From Geosiphon pyriformis uo1 (Eukaryota > Fungi > Glomeromycota), in assembly GCA_016748015.1 (NCBI GenBank), contig JAAOMT010000571.1, positions 623,095 through 687,094 of the forward strand: a DNA stretch of 64,000 nt, written 5' to 3'. This document shows, piece after piece, positions 26,107 through 38,200 of this stretch. The translations under genes were made by a program, and so were the position numbers. The stretch's first letter is position 1, and each line of letters begins with the position of its first letter. A model generated the notes under the pieces. It searched no databases and was not told the DNA's origin. It saw nothing but the letters and a program-made list of their open reading frames with translations.

Positions 26107-27468
26107 ATGAACCCCGAAAACTACAACAATCTCAAGCAATACTTGGAGACATTAACAATCCCAACAGATTGGTCCCCAGATGAAAAACATCGGTTACAAC
26201 AACAAGCCAAACAATATTTTCTACACAACAATATTATCTATCATCAAAATTTCAAAAACCCAACCAAATCACTCAGATTAATACAAAAACAAGAAAAAGA
26301 GACCATTTTATACAATATGCACTCAGATCCTTCATCAGCACACTTTGGAAAAGATAGCACTACCCAAAGAACACTATAATACTACTTTTGGCTTCGAATG
26401 AGAAAAGACATTCACGAATATGTCGAATTTTGTGATAGTTGTCAAAGAAGAGGAGGAACTCGCCCTACAGAATCTTTAAATCTAATCAAAGTTGGACAGC
26501 CTTTTGACAGAGTTGGTATTGATTTAGTCAGACCACTATCTATCACCACTCAAGGAAACTGTTATATTGCAGTAGCTGTAGATTATTTTACTAAATGGCC
26601 TGAAGCCAGAGTCATTCAACGAGCAAATGCGAAATCAGTAGCAAATTTCATTTACGAAAACATCATTTGTAAACATGGATGTCCAATTGAACTTTTATCT
26701 GATCAAGGAACACACTTTGTGAACAACCTGATACAAAAAATTTGTGAACGATTCAATGTCAAAAGACCTCTGTCTTCGCCCTACTATCCACAAACAAATA
26801 GACTTGTAGAACGTTTTAACAAAACATTGTGTGAGTCATTAGCCAAAGTCTTAACCGATTTTGAGCAAGAATGAGATTTCTTTATTCCATCAGTGTTACT
26901 AGCATATAGGACATTAAAACAAGATACCATGAAACACACACCCTTTGATTTAACTTATGGAAGGACAGCAACATTACCAATTAGTTTTATAGTGGAAACA
27001 TACCCAGTACAACTAATCAATGAAAACAATTTCCAAGAAACGCTTCAGCGAAGAGCCTACACTCTGCTTAGCACATTGGAAGGAAAACGACGAATAGCAG
27101 CCACCCATATTGAACACTCCCAAGCTCAACAAAAAGAACGGCATGACAACAAATTGCCTTCAGTCACCAATAAATTCAAAATTGGAAACAAAGTTCTCTT
27201 ACACAGAATTAAAGCTGAAAAACAATGGAGTGGAAAATTTGAAAATAAATGGAATAAACCATTCTTTATCCATGAAGTCCTAGGCAATGGATCATACAAG
27301 CTAAGACTTGATGACAAAATCCTAGTAAAAGTTGTACATGGAGATTGTTTAAAACACTATCATTCCAGAAACAATCCTGAACTATTAATTCCACAAATTG
27401 GTACACATTCCCCTTTGGTCAGTCCCAAAAATATTCCCCGAAACTTAGAACCAATAGTTGTCATTTAA
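26107..27468 (+). pseudogene. Integrase (HHCC, DDE, GPY/F-like), in a separate frame, no chromodomain visible
   Basis: MHSDPSSAHFG...CDSCQ; VGIDL; SDQGTHF; PQTNRLVERFNKTL; C-terminal WNKPFFIHEVLGNGSYKL. ORFs 26107, 26398 and 26893 share a frame that is +1 relative to RT. Confidence 0.92.
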
Positions 27469-27608
27469 CAACCTTCCAACCTGAACACTTAATTTAATTT
27501 TACTAGTATTCTCTTATAATTTAGAAAACAATCTTACAAAAACAAAACAAAAATAACATAAAAACCCATACACCAAAAATAATTTTCTTTTATTTCAAAT
27601 TGCTTATA

Positions 27609-28295
27609 ATGACTATTCCTCAAAACATTCAACAATTATCCCAAAAACTAATGTTAGCTTTAAAAACAATACCCGAATTATCCATTACTGTTACTGGAAA
27701 CCACATTAATTATACCCAAACAGAAGTAGTTACAAATTTAGCCCCAAACTCACGAAAATATCACCCATATAAGAAGAACACAAAAAGTTATACTGGAATT
27801 CACCTGTCAGAACTTTTAATCTTGCTTTAAGAGAAAACCTAATGCTCACTCCGATTAGTATTCCACCAAATGCTACAATTCAACAAAAACTTCAACTATG
27901 TCTTAATAAGGAAAACACTGAATATTCTCCAATCTATAGATATTTTCACATTAGAAAAACACTCTACAAATAGAAACTGGAACTTACAACAGCAAACCTC
28001 ACAAAAGAAGCTATTCAGAAACAACTCCACAACAAATTCAAGACAACAGCTAGATCAACAAACAGTCGCTACAGACTTAGAGCTGCTCTTAGACTTTATG
28101 ACCTATTCCACACCTGTGAAAACGTATTACAAAACCCAATTTTTCAACCTTTGAAGATTCAATACATTGGAAAGCTCACAGAACTGAAATTTCAATAATT
28201 TTCAGACCAAATTTCTTCAATAATTTTGGATTATTATCTGGAAATAACAGACAGTACTTGGACTTTGACGGAGCTCAGTCTTGAGGAGGAGGTTA
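27609..28295 (+). pseudogene. Extra ORF3 of the Gypsy element (unknown function), frameshifted
   Basis: Reads MTIPQNIQQLSQKL...RKYHPYKK...NSRYRLRAALRLYDLFHTCENVL...IQYIGKL...TLTELSLEEEV up to the 3' LTR. Homologous ghosts occur at the same position in the relics. Confidence 0.65.
28283..28292 (+). promoter_or_regulatory. Polypurine tract GAGGAGGAGG
   Basis: 3 nt upstream of the 3' LTR. Confidence 0.9.
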
Positions 28296-29265
28296 TGTTA
28301 CCAGACGAAATTAGAGATATCATTTAGCATGAAACTATCTTATAATTTCTATCATTAATTAGCATATATTATTGTTTCAAATTATCACTTATTACATTAG
28401 CAAAGAATGTCTGAAATTATCATTTAATTAATAATTTAAATTGTACACAACACAAATGTAACCTAATTGCGATGATCAATCATGCAATATCCCGAACTAT
28501 GTAACATTCAAAAGTTTGCTGAAATTTATAGAAATTTGCCGAAATAATTGATAGTTTACCGAAATATTTAATAGTTTGCAAAAATAACTTGTAGTTTGCT
28601 GAAATGTATCTTTAGTTCAGCGAAATTGTAGAAAATAACAAAGTTCAAGTTCATAGAATAGTGTTATGACAAGTTGTATAAAAGAAGAGCTTCTCTCTTC
28701 GAGAAAATGTATCTTACTTTAGATTTATCACTTAGAACCATTCCTACACACACAAAAAGAAATAAATATCAAATAATTCAAAAAATCAAACTCTTTAAAT
28801 TATTGCACTTGGAAAATCCTCAAAACCCAACTAACATTTTGAAATTAATTAGCTACCAATTTCAGTAAACTGTTAGTGACTCCAGGCCTGGATAGAAAAC
28901 GTTTCCCTTAACAAAACTCTATTTCTTTTATTTTCTTTTATTTTCTTATTACAATCTTTAGGATAGCCTACAGACGGGATTCCTGTAGAAGAGTTGACTT
29001 TCACAGCAAAGTAACTACACATTTTTAGTGAGCTTCCAGACGAGCAATTCTTGGGAAAAAGTTGACGTTTACTACAACATAACTACATAAAATAACTGGC
29101 AAGGAATTGGCCATTCCACTTATAAGCCCAGCAGTTCAAATTATAGAAGATAATTTGAAGATAAATTCAGTTACTGGAGGTTCAACCACATCCAGAAAAC
29201 GTGAATTCACAGCAAATAAGTATCAACAACATTACAGAAAAGAGACCAAAAAACCTCTGATAACA
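28296..29265 (+). repeat. 3' LTR (family A)
   Basis: Direct repeat of 19419-20399, differing by transitions and an 11-bp repeat-unit indel. Confidence 0.95.
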
Positions 29266-29321
29266 ACGTAAATTATGCGTTTTCTACACATAATCAGACA
29301 CTTGGCCCAATCAAGGATTCA

Positions 29322-31387
29322 CTATGCTGAATCAAAAGTAGGTGAGAATAACCCCAACCCACAAATTCTTTCAATGATATCATTCAGATTCCTAGAGTCA
29401 AAAATAAACTCACTAAGAAACAATCTAGTAGACTCAATATTGCTCCTGGTTTTAGCACTAGACATTCGCCACAAAGCAATAACACACTCAATAGTATCCT
29501 CACTTAAAAAGGAAGGCTTAGCAGCCAGCATATCATTATAATCCATATCACCAAAGTCAACCTCAGATCTAAGACAAGCAATGTCCTTGAAGATCCCAAC
29601 CAAGAGATTAAAAAAATTGTTAACAGCACTCTTCATGGAAATGAGATCTTTTTCGACCTGAACAGTCTTAGCAGCATTATCATCAAGAAGATGAGACACC
29701 AAAGCAATCAAAGAACCAACAGGCTCAACAATAGACTTAACCAGAGCAGCCAAATCCAAAATCTGCTTTTCCAAAGAGTTCAACCTGGAACTAACAGCAG
29801 GATTAGCAGTAGAAGCAGCCGAAAAAGCCACTAAAGGAGGAAACTCAGAAAGACCAGAAGGAGCAACAGTCTTGACATATGAAGCAGAACCCACAAAACG
29901 AGACTAGAAAACCTTGGGAACCTTGGGAGTGAAAGGTGGGGAAATCTTGCAATTCGTGGCCAGATGGCCCATTTCTTGACACCTAAAGCAGTGCTGGCAG
30001 CCAGGAGTTTCTCACCAAATATGGCATTTCCTTAGAGTACCAGTCTTGACTACAGCAGAATCCAAATTGTCTTGAGAATCAAATATAACCAAAACAAACT
30101 GGAAACGATGACCAGAATTAAGAGAATGAAGGATGAAACATGTTCGACCACCAATCTAAGAAATCATATCACTGATTTCAAAGGCAGTACAGCCAGAGGG
30201 AAGGTTAACCAATTTGGCCTTAAACTTATCATGAGACAAAATAGTCTCATTTTAATTCACCAGAGGGAGGATTCTAACACTATCTTTGTCCACCAAGACT
30301 GACCAATGCTTCAAGGCAGACACAGCAGAGTCCAATTTTTCAAAATATACTACCACATACTGCCAAATGCCAGCAGGCTTCAGCACAATACAAGTGACAC
30401 TACCAAACACACTGAGAGCCAACTTAATGTCAGTAGCAAACACACCCAAAGGCACATTACACAGCATAACAGCAGCAGGAGAGGAACCAGATTTAGAAAC
30501 CATCAAAGATTTGGCAATTTTGAGAATGACTAAACTAACAGAACTTGTAAGCTCAACCAGAAATGCAGCTTTCAAAGACTGTTGAGAAGCAAACTCCATA
30601 CAGAAAAGCTTCATATTGTCTTTTAAAACAGATTTAGCACCCAAAAAACCATGCACAGACTGAAAAACAGTCTTAATATGAGCCAATTTGATCTTAAAAG
30701 TAGCATCAGGCACCAGAGTGGAGGCCACTCACCCAGCAAATCTTTAACGACTAATAATAGTTTCCCAAGCACCACCCAGTTCTCAAAAACAGGTGATCCA
30801 ACAAAAGGAGATTGTTTTGCTTCTAAAACCAATAAAGATCTGCCAGAAGACACCACATTTGGCAACATAACCAGTGGTTGATTTTGGTCCATCTTAGATA
30901 ACATGCCAAATAATGCTACAGAGATCTTATCTAAGATCTCATTAGGAACCACAAAGAGGTTCGGTGTAACAATAGCAAAGGCAAGCGACTGCTCTCACTT
31001 TTCTGAATTTTTGGTTTTTTTGATCATTTTTTTTAAAGAGGTGATACCAGAAGCACCAGATGTTGAATCTATAGAAAGGAAGACCAGCTTATTTACTGGT
31101 CTATTATTAAAAACTTTTGGGCTCTTAGTTGGGGTGAAAGCAACACTAGGACTAATCCAAGTGTGTTTCTTTGAGGGAACTTTGACTGGTGAAAAACCAG
31201 CCAAAGATGAGGAAATTGATTCAGTAGCTACCAAAGGCAGCTTTTCACGATTACTGAATAAGGGGAAGGTTTCTAAAACATTTTGCCTAGTTGCTTCTAC
31301 AACAGAGAGAGCTTCTCTGATTGAAATTTTATTAAATATCTTAGAACAGATATCTGATGCAGCTTTTCTATTCTTTGCTCTGGTCAT
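29322..31387 (-). pseudogene. LINE ORF1-like protein of ORF1-only element copy 2
   Basis: MTRAKNRKAASDIC... is homologous to copy 1; knuckle CFRCQEMGHLATNC; a deletion of about 55 bp near 30775 shifts the frame. Confidence 0.8.
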
Positions 31388-34300
31388 GGTTATAAAATTA
31401 AGGAAACAAAGAGCTTTTTTCCAATTTTTTGTTATTTGACATTATAAATACAAAAAATTTTTGATTTATTTAGAGAAAAAAAATAGTTTTTCATATTAAA
31501 TTTAAATAACAAAGAAAAAATAATATTTACAATTAGAAAAAAAAATTTAAGTTTAAAATAATACTATTTGGCTTAATTAATATACTATTATATTCCAATA
31601 GTTAATAAAAATTATTTACTTTGACATATTATAAAAATCAATAATTATCTACTTAAATAATATCAATGTATTTTTAAAAATATTTAACAAATATTTTTAT
31701 TATTTACAATAAGTATTTAAAAAACTAAAACAAACCAAATTAAAATTAAATACAGATAAATGTTTTTTTGAAAAAACAAAGCTCAAATTTTTGAAACATG
31801 TAGTTAAAAAAAAGACATTAAAATAGATATAAATAAAATCAAAAAAGTAAATAACTTTTTAAAATCAAAAAATTTAATAAAGTTAAAAGGCTTTTTAAAA
31901 TTAGCCAAATATTATTAACAGTTTATACAAAAATTTTTGGCAATTGTCCAGCCATTTTACTAATTTCAAGTCAAAGCTATTTAATATAAATAGATGAATA
32001 TACAACAATAAGCTTTTAAAATATTAAAACAAAAACTTATACAAATTTCAGTTTTAATATATTTAAATTATAGTAAAAAATTTATAATTGCTAGTAATAC
32101 TTTTAAAACAGCACTAGAAACAATATTATTATAAAAAAACTTAATAAACAAAAATATTTAATAGTATATATTAGCAGAAACTTAAGTTCAACAAAAAAAA
32201 TTATAGAGCTCTAATATTAAAACATATTAAGTTAATTAAATGAAAAAAATATATATACTAAAAGTTTAATATTTAAACTAATTATAAAAAATTGATATTA
32301 TTAGCCAAAAAAAATTAACTAACAATAAAACTGTTAAGTAAAAAACTGTTTTTTATTCTTTAAATACAAAATACACTATAAAAAAAATAAAACAACTATA
32401 AAAATAAAAACAATAAAAAAATAACAAAATAAATAATAAAAATTACTAATAATTAGTTTATTATATTATCATTAAACAGTTTAAGAAAAAATTATCTTAA
32501 AAAAAATAAAATAAAATATATTAATAAATAAGATATCATTTTAATTAACAAAATTTAAACAATTTATTAAAAATAATAAAAAACAAGAAAAAAAAACAAT
32601 ATTATTTAATATATACTTAAATTTGATAGTAAAACATTTTAATTAGAATCAAAAATTTATATTATTGGCTAATAATATATTCAGACATAAAATAATACAT
32701 AAAAAATTGTAATACTTATTAAAAAAAAAATCAAATAAATCATTAAAACTAATTAAAATTGAATAATTATTTGATTAAATTAGAATTAACTTAATAGAAT
32801 TATTATTAATAACAACTAAAAACAATTAATATATTACTGTTTTAATAAACTATTTTATCAAATAGTTAGAAGTTAAAACTATATAAAAAATTAATACAAA
32901 AACAATAACCAAATTTGTTTATTAAAATTTAATATATTAGCATAAATATCTAAAAGAACTATTATCAAATTAAAAAACACATTTGTAAACAAAATATTAG
33001 TTAAATTAAACCGAAAATTTAGAATAAAAAAACTATTATTATTATTATATTATTTATAAATAAATAGTTTAGTCAAAAAGTTTAATAAAATACTATATAA
33101 AATATTAGCCAAAATCAGTTAAAAAATTTTTAAAAAATAAGATTTATTTATATTATTAGTATATTAAACAATAAAACAAAATATAATTTAAATAATATTA
33201 TTCAAATTAATATATAATAAAACAATAATATTATTAATAAAAAGAAAAAATAACAATATATTTAACAAAGCCAATAACAAAAATACATTTTTAAAAATAT
33301 TGTTAAAAAAACATATAACTTAATAAAAACATTAGAAAATAAAAAAATAAAAGCAGTTAATCATATTAAAAAATCACAAAAAAAACAAAAAAAAAGACAT
33401 AATAATTAGCTATCAAACAAACTAGTTAATTTTAAAATTCAAAACAAAATATTATTATATTATATTAAAACAGAAAACCAATAAAATGGTAAATTTGACC
33501 TAAAATAAGATGAATTTTTATATATATAAAAAAAATAAAAAACAGAACATATAAATTGTAACTAAAAAACAAAATCTTAACTAAAACAGTACATAATAAT
33601 TAACTAAAACTATATTATAAAAAAACATCAATAATATCAAGTATATTATAATTAAGAACATAAAATATAAAAGTTAAATTTAATAAAATTTTATAAAACT
33701 TAGAACTAATAATAATTATTAAAATTAACACATTATAAAATTGAATAATTATTATATAAAAACAGTCAAATATAATAAAACCAAAACCAATAAAATGAAA
33801 ATTATAAATAATATTTACTTAATAACTTAATAACTATTTTAATTATTAAAAACCAAAGACTTAAACATAAAAATAACAGTTAATAGTCAAAAAAGTTATT
33901 ATAAAAACATATAAAAAAAAAGACCAAATAACAAAACTCCATACAATAAAAACAATAAATATATAAATATATAAAAAAAATTGTTGAAAAAATAAAAAAA
34001 AAACTTTTAGAAATCCAATAATATTTATATAATCAAGATAATTAAGTAAAAAAAATTGAAAAACTAAAAAGAATAGTTTCTAATAATATATTATTATTAT
34101 TATTTAAAACAACAATTAAATATTTAAATATTATATACAAATAAGTTGAAAAAAGTATTTAACAAAAAAACAGTACAATAAATAATAAAAAACAACTTAA
34201 TAACTTATCTAAAAATTATTTATCAACTATATATAATCTTTTATAAATATAATAAAATATTATTATATCCAGTTATAAAAGTTTTAACAGTAAACCAATT

Positions 34301-35143
34301 GGAAAAAATAACTAATTTTTAATTTAAAAAATTGAAAACAAAAGTTTTTAAAGCAATAAAAAAAAATATTAAAAATAAATCAGAAAAAAAATTTAAAAGA
34401 TTTTATTGAAACTTAATATTAAAAAAAAAAGATAATATTATTAATAAAAAACAGAAATTATAAAAAAAAAATAACTAATAACAGAATAAAAAATCATTAA
34501 AAGTATATAATATCAGGAATTTCAGAAATATTAATAAAAATTTTAAAAGTTTCAGGAATTTTAAAAATGCTAGAAATTTTAAAAATACCAAAAATTTTAG
34601 CAATAACTTAAAAATTTTAGGAATTTTATATTATGGAGATTTATGTATATATAGCAAAAATGTTAGAAATCAAAAATAAGAATCAAAGAACAAACAAATA
34701 CACTTTAAGATTAGTCTAGTTACTTTTACTTCAATCTAATTACAAACAATAAAAATATCAATTAATTCTTTTTACATATTGTTATAAGTAGATTTCTTGT
34801 GTAAGTTTTGGTAATTTCCATAACTTGGTGTTCAGATTTATCATAATATATTCTGAAGGTTTTCTTTGTATAATAAACAGAGATTTACTTAATAGCAGTT
34901 GATAATAGACTCAATAATTTTCTTGGCTTGATAACTAGCTTATTCTAGTGTTCACACCCTTCTGATAAACAATTCTAGTTTTTTGATTATGTCTATGCTC
35001 TTTTCTGGTATCTTTTACCAGCAGCGACAACAGAGTTGGTTTAAGGAACGGGATAGTGATTGGGGTATAAAAGAAAAGATTAATTATCGATGACGTTTCG
35101 CGTTAATTTCGTTAACTATTATGACATCTTCTGACATGTCGGT

Positions 35144-35152
35144 ATGAGTCAT
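35144..35152. promoter_or_regulatory. Perfect Gcn4/CpcA (AP-1 type) site ATGAGTCAT in the CpG-retaining IleRS promoter
   Basis: Exact ATGASTCAT consensus 66 bp upstream of the ATG. Confidence 0.6.
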
Positions 35153-35217
35153 GATTTCGTAAAACTTAGAACTCGAAAACATCGCAAACTAATTTACGTT
35201 TTCCGTTCCTCTCAATT

Positions 35218-38200
35218 ATGATGTCAAGTCAAGAGGGTAAGTTTCTTGGATAGCTTGATTCACTTTGTTCATTTTATTGGATAATTGATTTAGACAAAAA
35301 TTTAGCACAAGGAACAACTCAGAGTCTGTTCAATTTCCCAAAGGAGGAAGAAAAAATTTTAACTTTTTGGCGTGAAATCCAAGCGTTTCAGACCCAACTA
35401 AAATTAACCGAAGGCAGAAAACCCTATTCATTTTATGATGGTCCACCGTTTGCTACAGGGTTACCGCATTATGGGCATTTACTGGCGGGAACTATCAAGG
35501 TGAGAAGAGTAAAAGATAAGGTCACTAAGGGAAGTAGAATAGAGAAGAATGGAGACTAAAACAAAAGAGCTTGGAAAAAGAAATGTTTGGTTCAGGGTTT
35601 TGGACCGTTTATTAAATCAAGGACTTGTACAGCGCAAAGTTAAGAACATCCCTTCAGATTTTGATTTTTTTTTTGATTGGTTGCTGAACACTCAATCTTT
35701 TGAATTGTGTTAATGATGTATTAAATCTTAGGGATTACCATGAATAACCATGCTACAAATATACAACTTGGAGACCGAAATTTGAATAGAATTTTTTCGA
35801 ACATGAAGAATACGTAATGTTAGATCAAGTCTACAATGACGCAACTTTACCCTTAAATTAATTCAAGTTTAGGATTAGACAATTTCAAACAATAGAGAAT
35901 CTAAAAAGAAGTATTGACTATTTTAGGATATCGTGACTAGATATGCATCCCAGACGGGACACTATGTTGAACGTCGATTCGGATGGGATTGTCATGGTCT
36001 ACCGGTGGAACACGAAATTGATAAAAAACTCAATATCACGGTAACAACACAATTGATTTTTCGAAGTTTCCATACGCTGGAATTAGACCTTCATGAATCA
36101 ATTTAACAGGGAAAAAGTGATGTATTAGCGATTGGTATTGATAACTACAATCAAGAATGTCGCAGCATTGTCATGAGATACTCAGAAGCTTGGCGACAAA
36201 CGGTTGAACGTATTGGACGATGGATTGATTTCGATAACGATTATAAGACATTAAATGTCACTTTCATGGAAAGTGTGTGGTGGGTCTTTCAACAGCTCTA
36301 TCAAAAAGACCAAGTTTATCAGGGTGTTAGAATCATGCCCTATTCCACGGGATGTACCACCCCATTATCGAATTTTGAGGCCGCACAAAATTATAGAGAT
36401 GTTAGCGATCCAGCTAGTGAGCTTGAATTTTTCTCTTATATTATATAAAAATGGTCCAAGAGACGAAAAGTATTAACAATTCTTTTCCTTAACAGTTGTG
36501 GTATCCTTCCCCTTAACAGATGATCCAGAAACCTTATTATTAGCCTGGACCACCACACCATGGACATTACCAACAAATTTAGCTCTTTGCGCTCACCCTG
36601 ATTTTCAATATGTGAAAATTGAAGATTCTTTGACTAAACAGAAATATATTTTGCTTGAAAAATGTTTGAATATTTTATACAAAGACCTGAAAAAGGCTAA
36701 ATACACTATATTAGAGAAATTCTCTGGAAGAGATATGAAAGGATGGGAATATATTCCCTTGTTTGATTATTATGTGGAAAAGGTAAAAAGTTGACCCTTG
36801 TTAACGATTTCCATTCATATGTTTTGTTTGAATTAATTTTTAATTTAATCATTCAGTTCAAAGGGAAGGCCTTCTTTGTGGTCAATGACACCTATGTAAC
36901 TGATGATAGTGGTACTGGGATCGTCCATCAAGCTCCTGGATTTGGTGAAGATGACTATCGCGTTTGTATTGCCCACAATATTATTACAGCCGATGGGCCA
37001 CTTCCCTGCCCTCTTGATGAAAAAGGTTGTTTTACAGCCGAAGTTACTGACTTTGCTGGCTTATATGTGAAGGTTAGTTATTTGCACGGTATCTCTGTTA
37101 TGAATGATTCGTTTATATTAAATCAAAATACCAACAAACCACTAATTAACCCCAATAAGTTATTTTTTAGGAAGCCGACAAAGATATACAAAAATTTCTC
37201 AAACTACAAAAACGTTTGATAGTGCAATCCCAGTTGATGCACAACTATCCTTTTTGTTGGCGGTAAGATAACGTTTCCCCAAAAGGATTTTTTTCGTAAT
37301 ATACTTATTTTAAATTCCTTTTTTGCTTGAAACCTAGTTCTGAAACCCCCTTGATATATAAAGCTGTGCCTTCATGGTTCGTTCGTGTCAAGCCTATTAT
37401 TGACAAACTATTAAAGAATAATCAAGAAACTTATTGGTAAGTAACCTTTAAATAACCGAGACAATTTCTCACAGGAATTTTGTTTGTGATTAATATTTTG
37501 ATGCTCATTTGCTCAGGGTACCCGATTTTGTACAGGAAAAACGATTCGCCAATTGGATTATTAATGCTAGGGATTGGAACATCTCGCGAAATCGGTATTG
37601 GGGTACACCTATTCCGTTATGGGTCAGTGATGATCTTGAAGAGGTAAATAATTTAGTTGTGTTTTTGCTAAACATGATTTCTTCATAAGGTACCGATTTC
37701 ATTCATTTTATCCTCCTCAGATTGTTTGTGTGGGTTCGCTAGCAGAGCTTGAAAGGTTATCTGGTTGTGAAAAGTTGACGGATATCCATCGTGAGAAGGT
37801 TGATCATATTACTATTCCCTCCAAGAGGGGAAAAAAACCTTTAAAGAGGATAGAAGAGGTGTTCGATTGTTGGTTTGAGTCTGGAAGGTACTTGTCTGGT
37901 ATTTCTCCATTTCTTGAGATTGGCGTTATCAACATCTTTTGCTTGATAAATATTGCTTCTCTCCTTCCAGTATGCCATACGCTCAAAAACATTACCCATT
38001 CGAAAACAAAGAAAAATTTGAAAGCTCCTTCCCCGCTGATTTCATCGCTGAAGGCTTGGACCAAACTCGTGGCTGGTTTTACACTTTGATGGTGCTTTCT
38101 ACCCATTTGTTTAATAAACCAGCTTTCAAGAATTTGATTGTGAATGGCTTGATCTTGGCGTCGTTAGTAAATCCCTCTCTCTTCTATTTTACCATTGTTA

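Larger units (their letters stand above)
19419..29265 (+). mobile_element. Near full-length Ty3/Gypsy LTR retrotransposon encoding dUTPase
   Basis: Two ~0.98 kb LTRs (TG...CA); TSD ACAT/ACGT; PBS; PPT; domain order Gag-PR-dUTPase-RT-RH-INT. Confidence 0.96.
19336..31420 (-). mobile_element. ORF1-only retroelement copy 2, split in its 3' UTR by the intact Gypsy
   Basis: Tail and distal 3' UTR at 19336-19418; remainder at 29266-31420. Joining the flanks across the Gypsy TSD restores a UTR colinear with copy 1 and the LINE. Confidence 0.8.
13780..34765 (+). mobile_element. Ancient, AT-decayed dUTPase-bearing Ty3/Gypsy relic hosting three nested insertions
   Basis: Ghost domains in order: Gag (about 14700-15100), protease (about 15970-16310), Cys-rich (about 16590-17200), dUTPase (about 17400-17810), RT start (19180-19335) resuming after about 31430, RNase H (about 32050-32300), integrase (about 32450-33720), ORF3 (about 33790-34430), decayed PPT and LTR (34435-34765). 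Confidence 0.75.

Noticed and set aside
20241-27468. Alternative genetic code or readthrough to explain the in-frame stops
   Set aside because: The stops are a mix of TGA, TAA and TAG at former Arg/Gln/Trp codons, alongside D>N changes, and IleRS uses the standard code. Mutation explains them.
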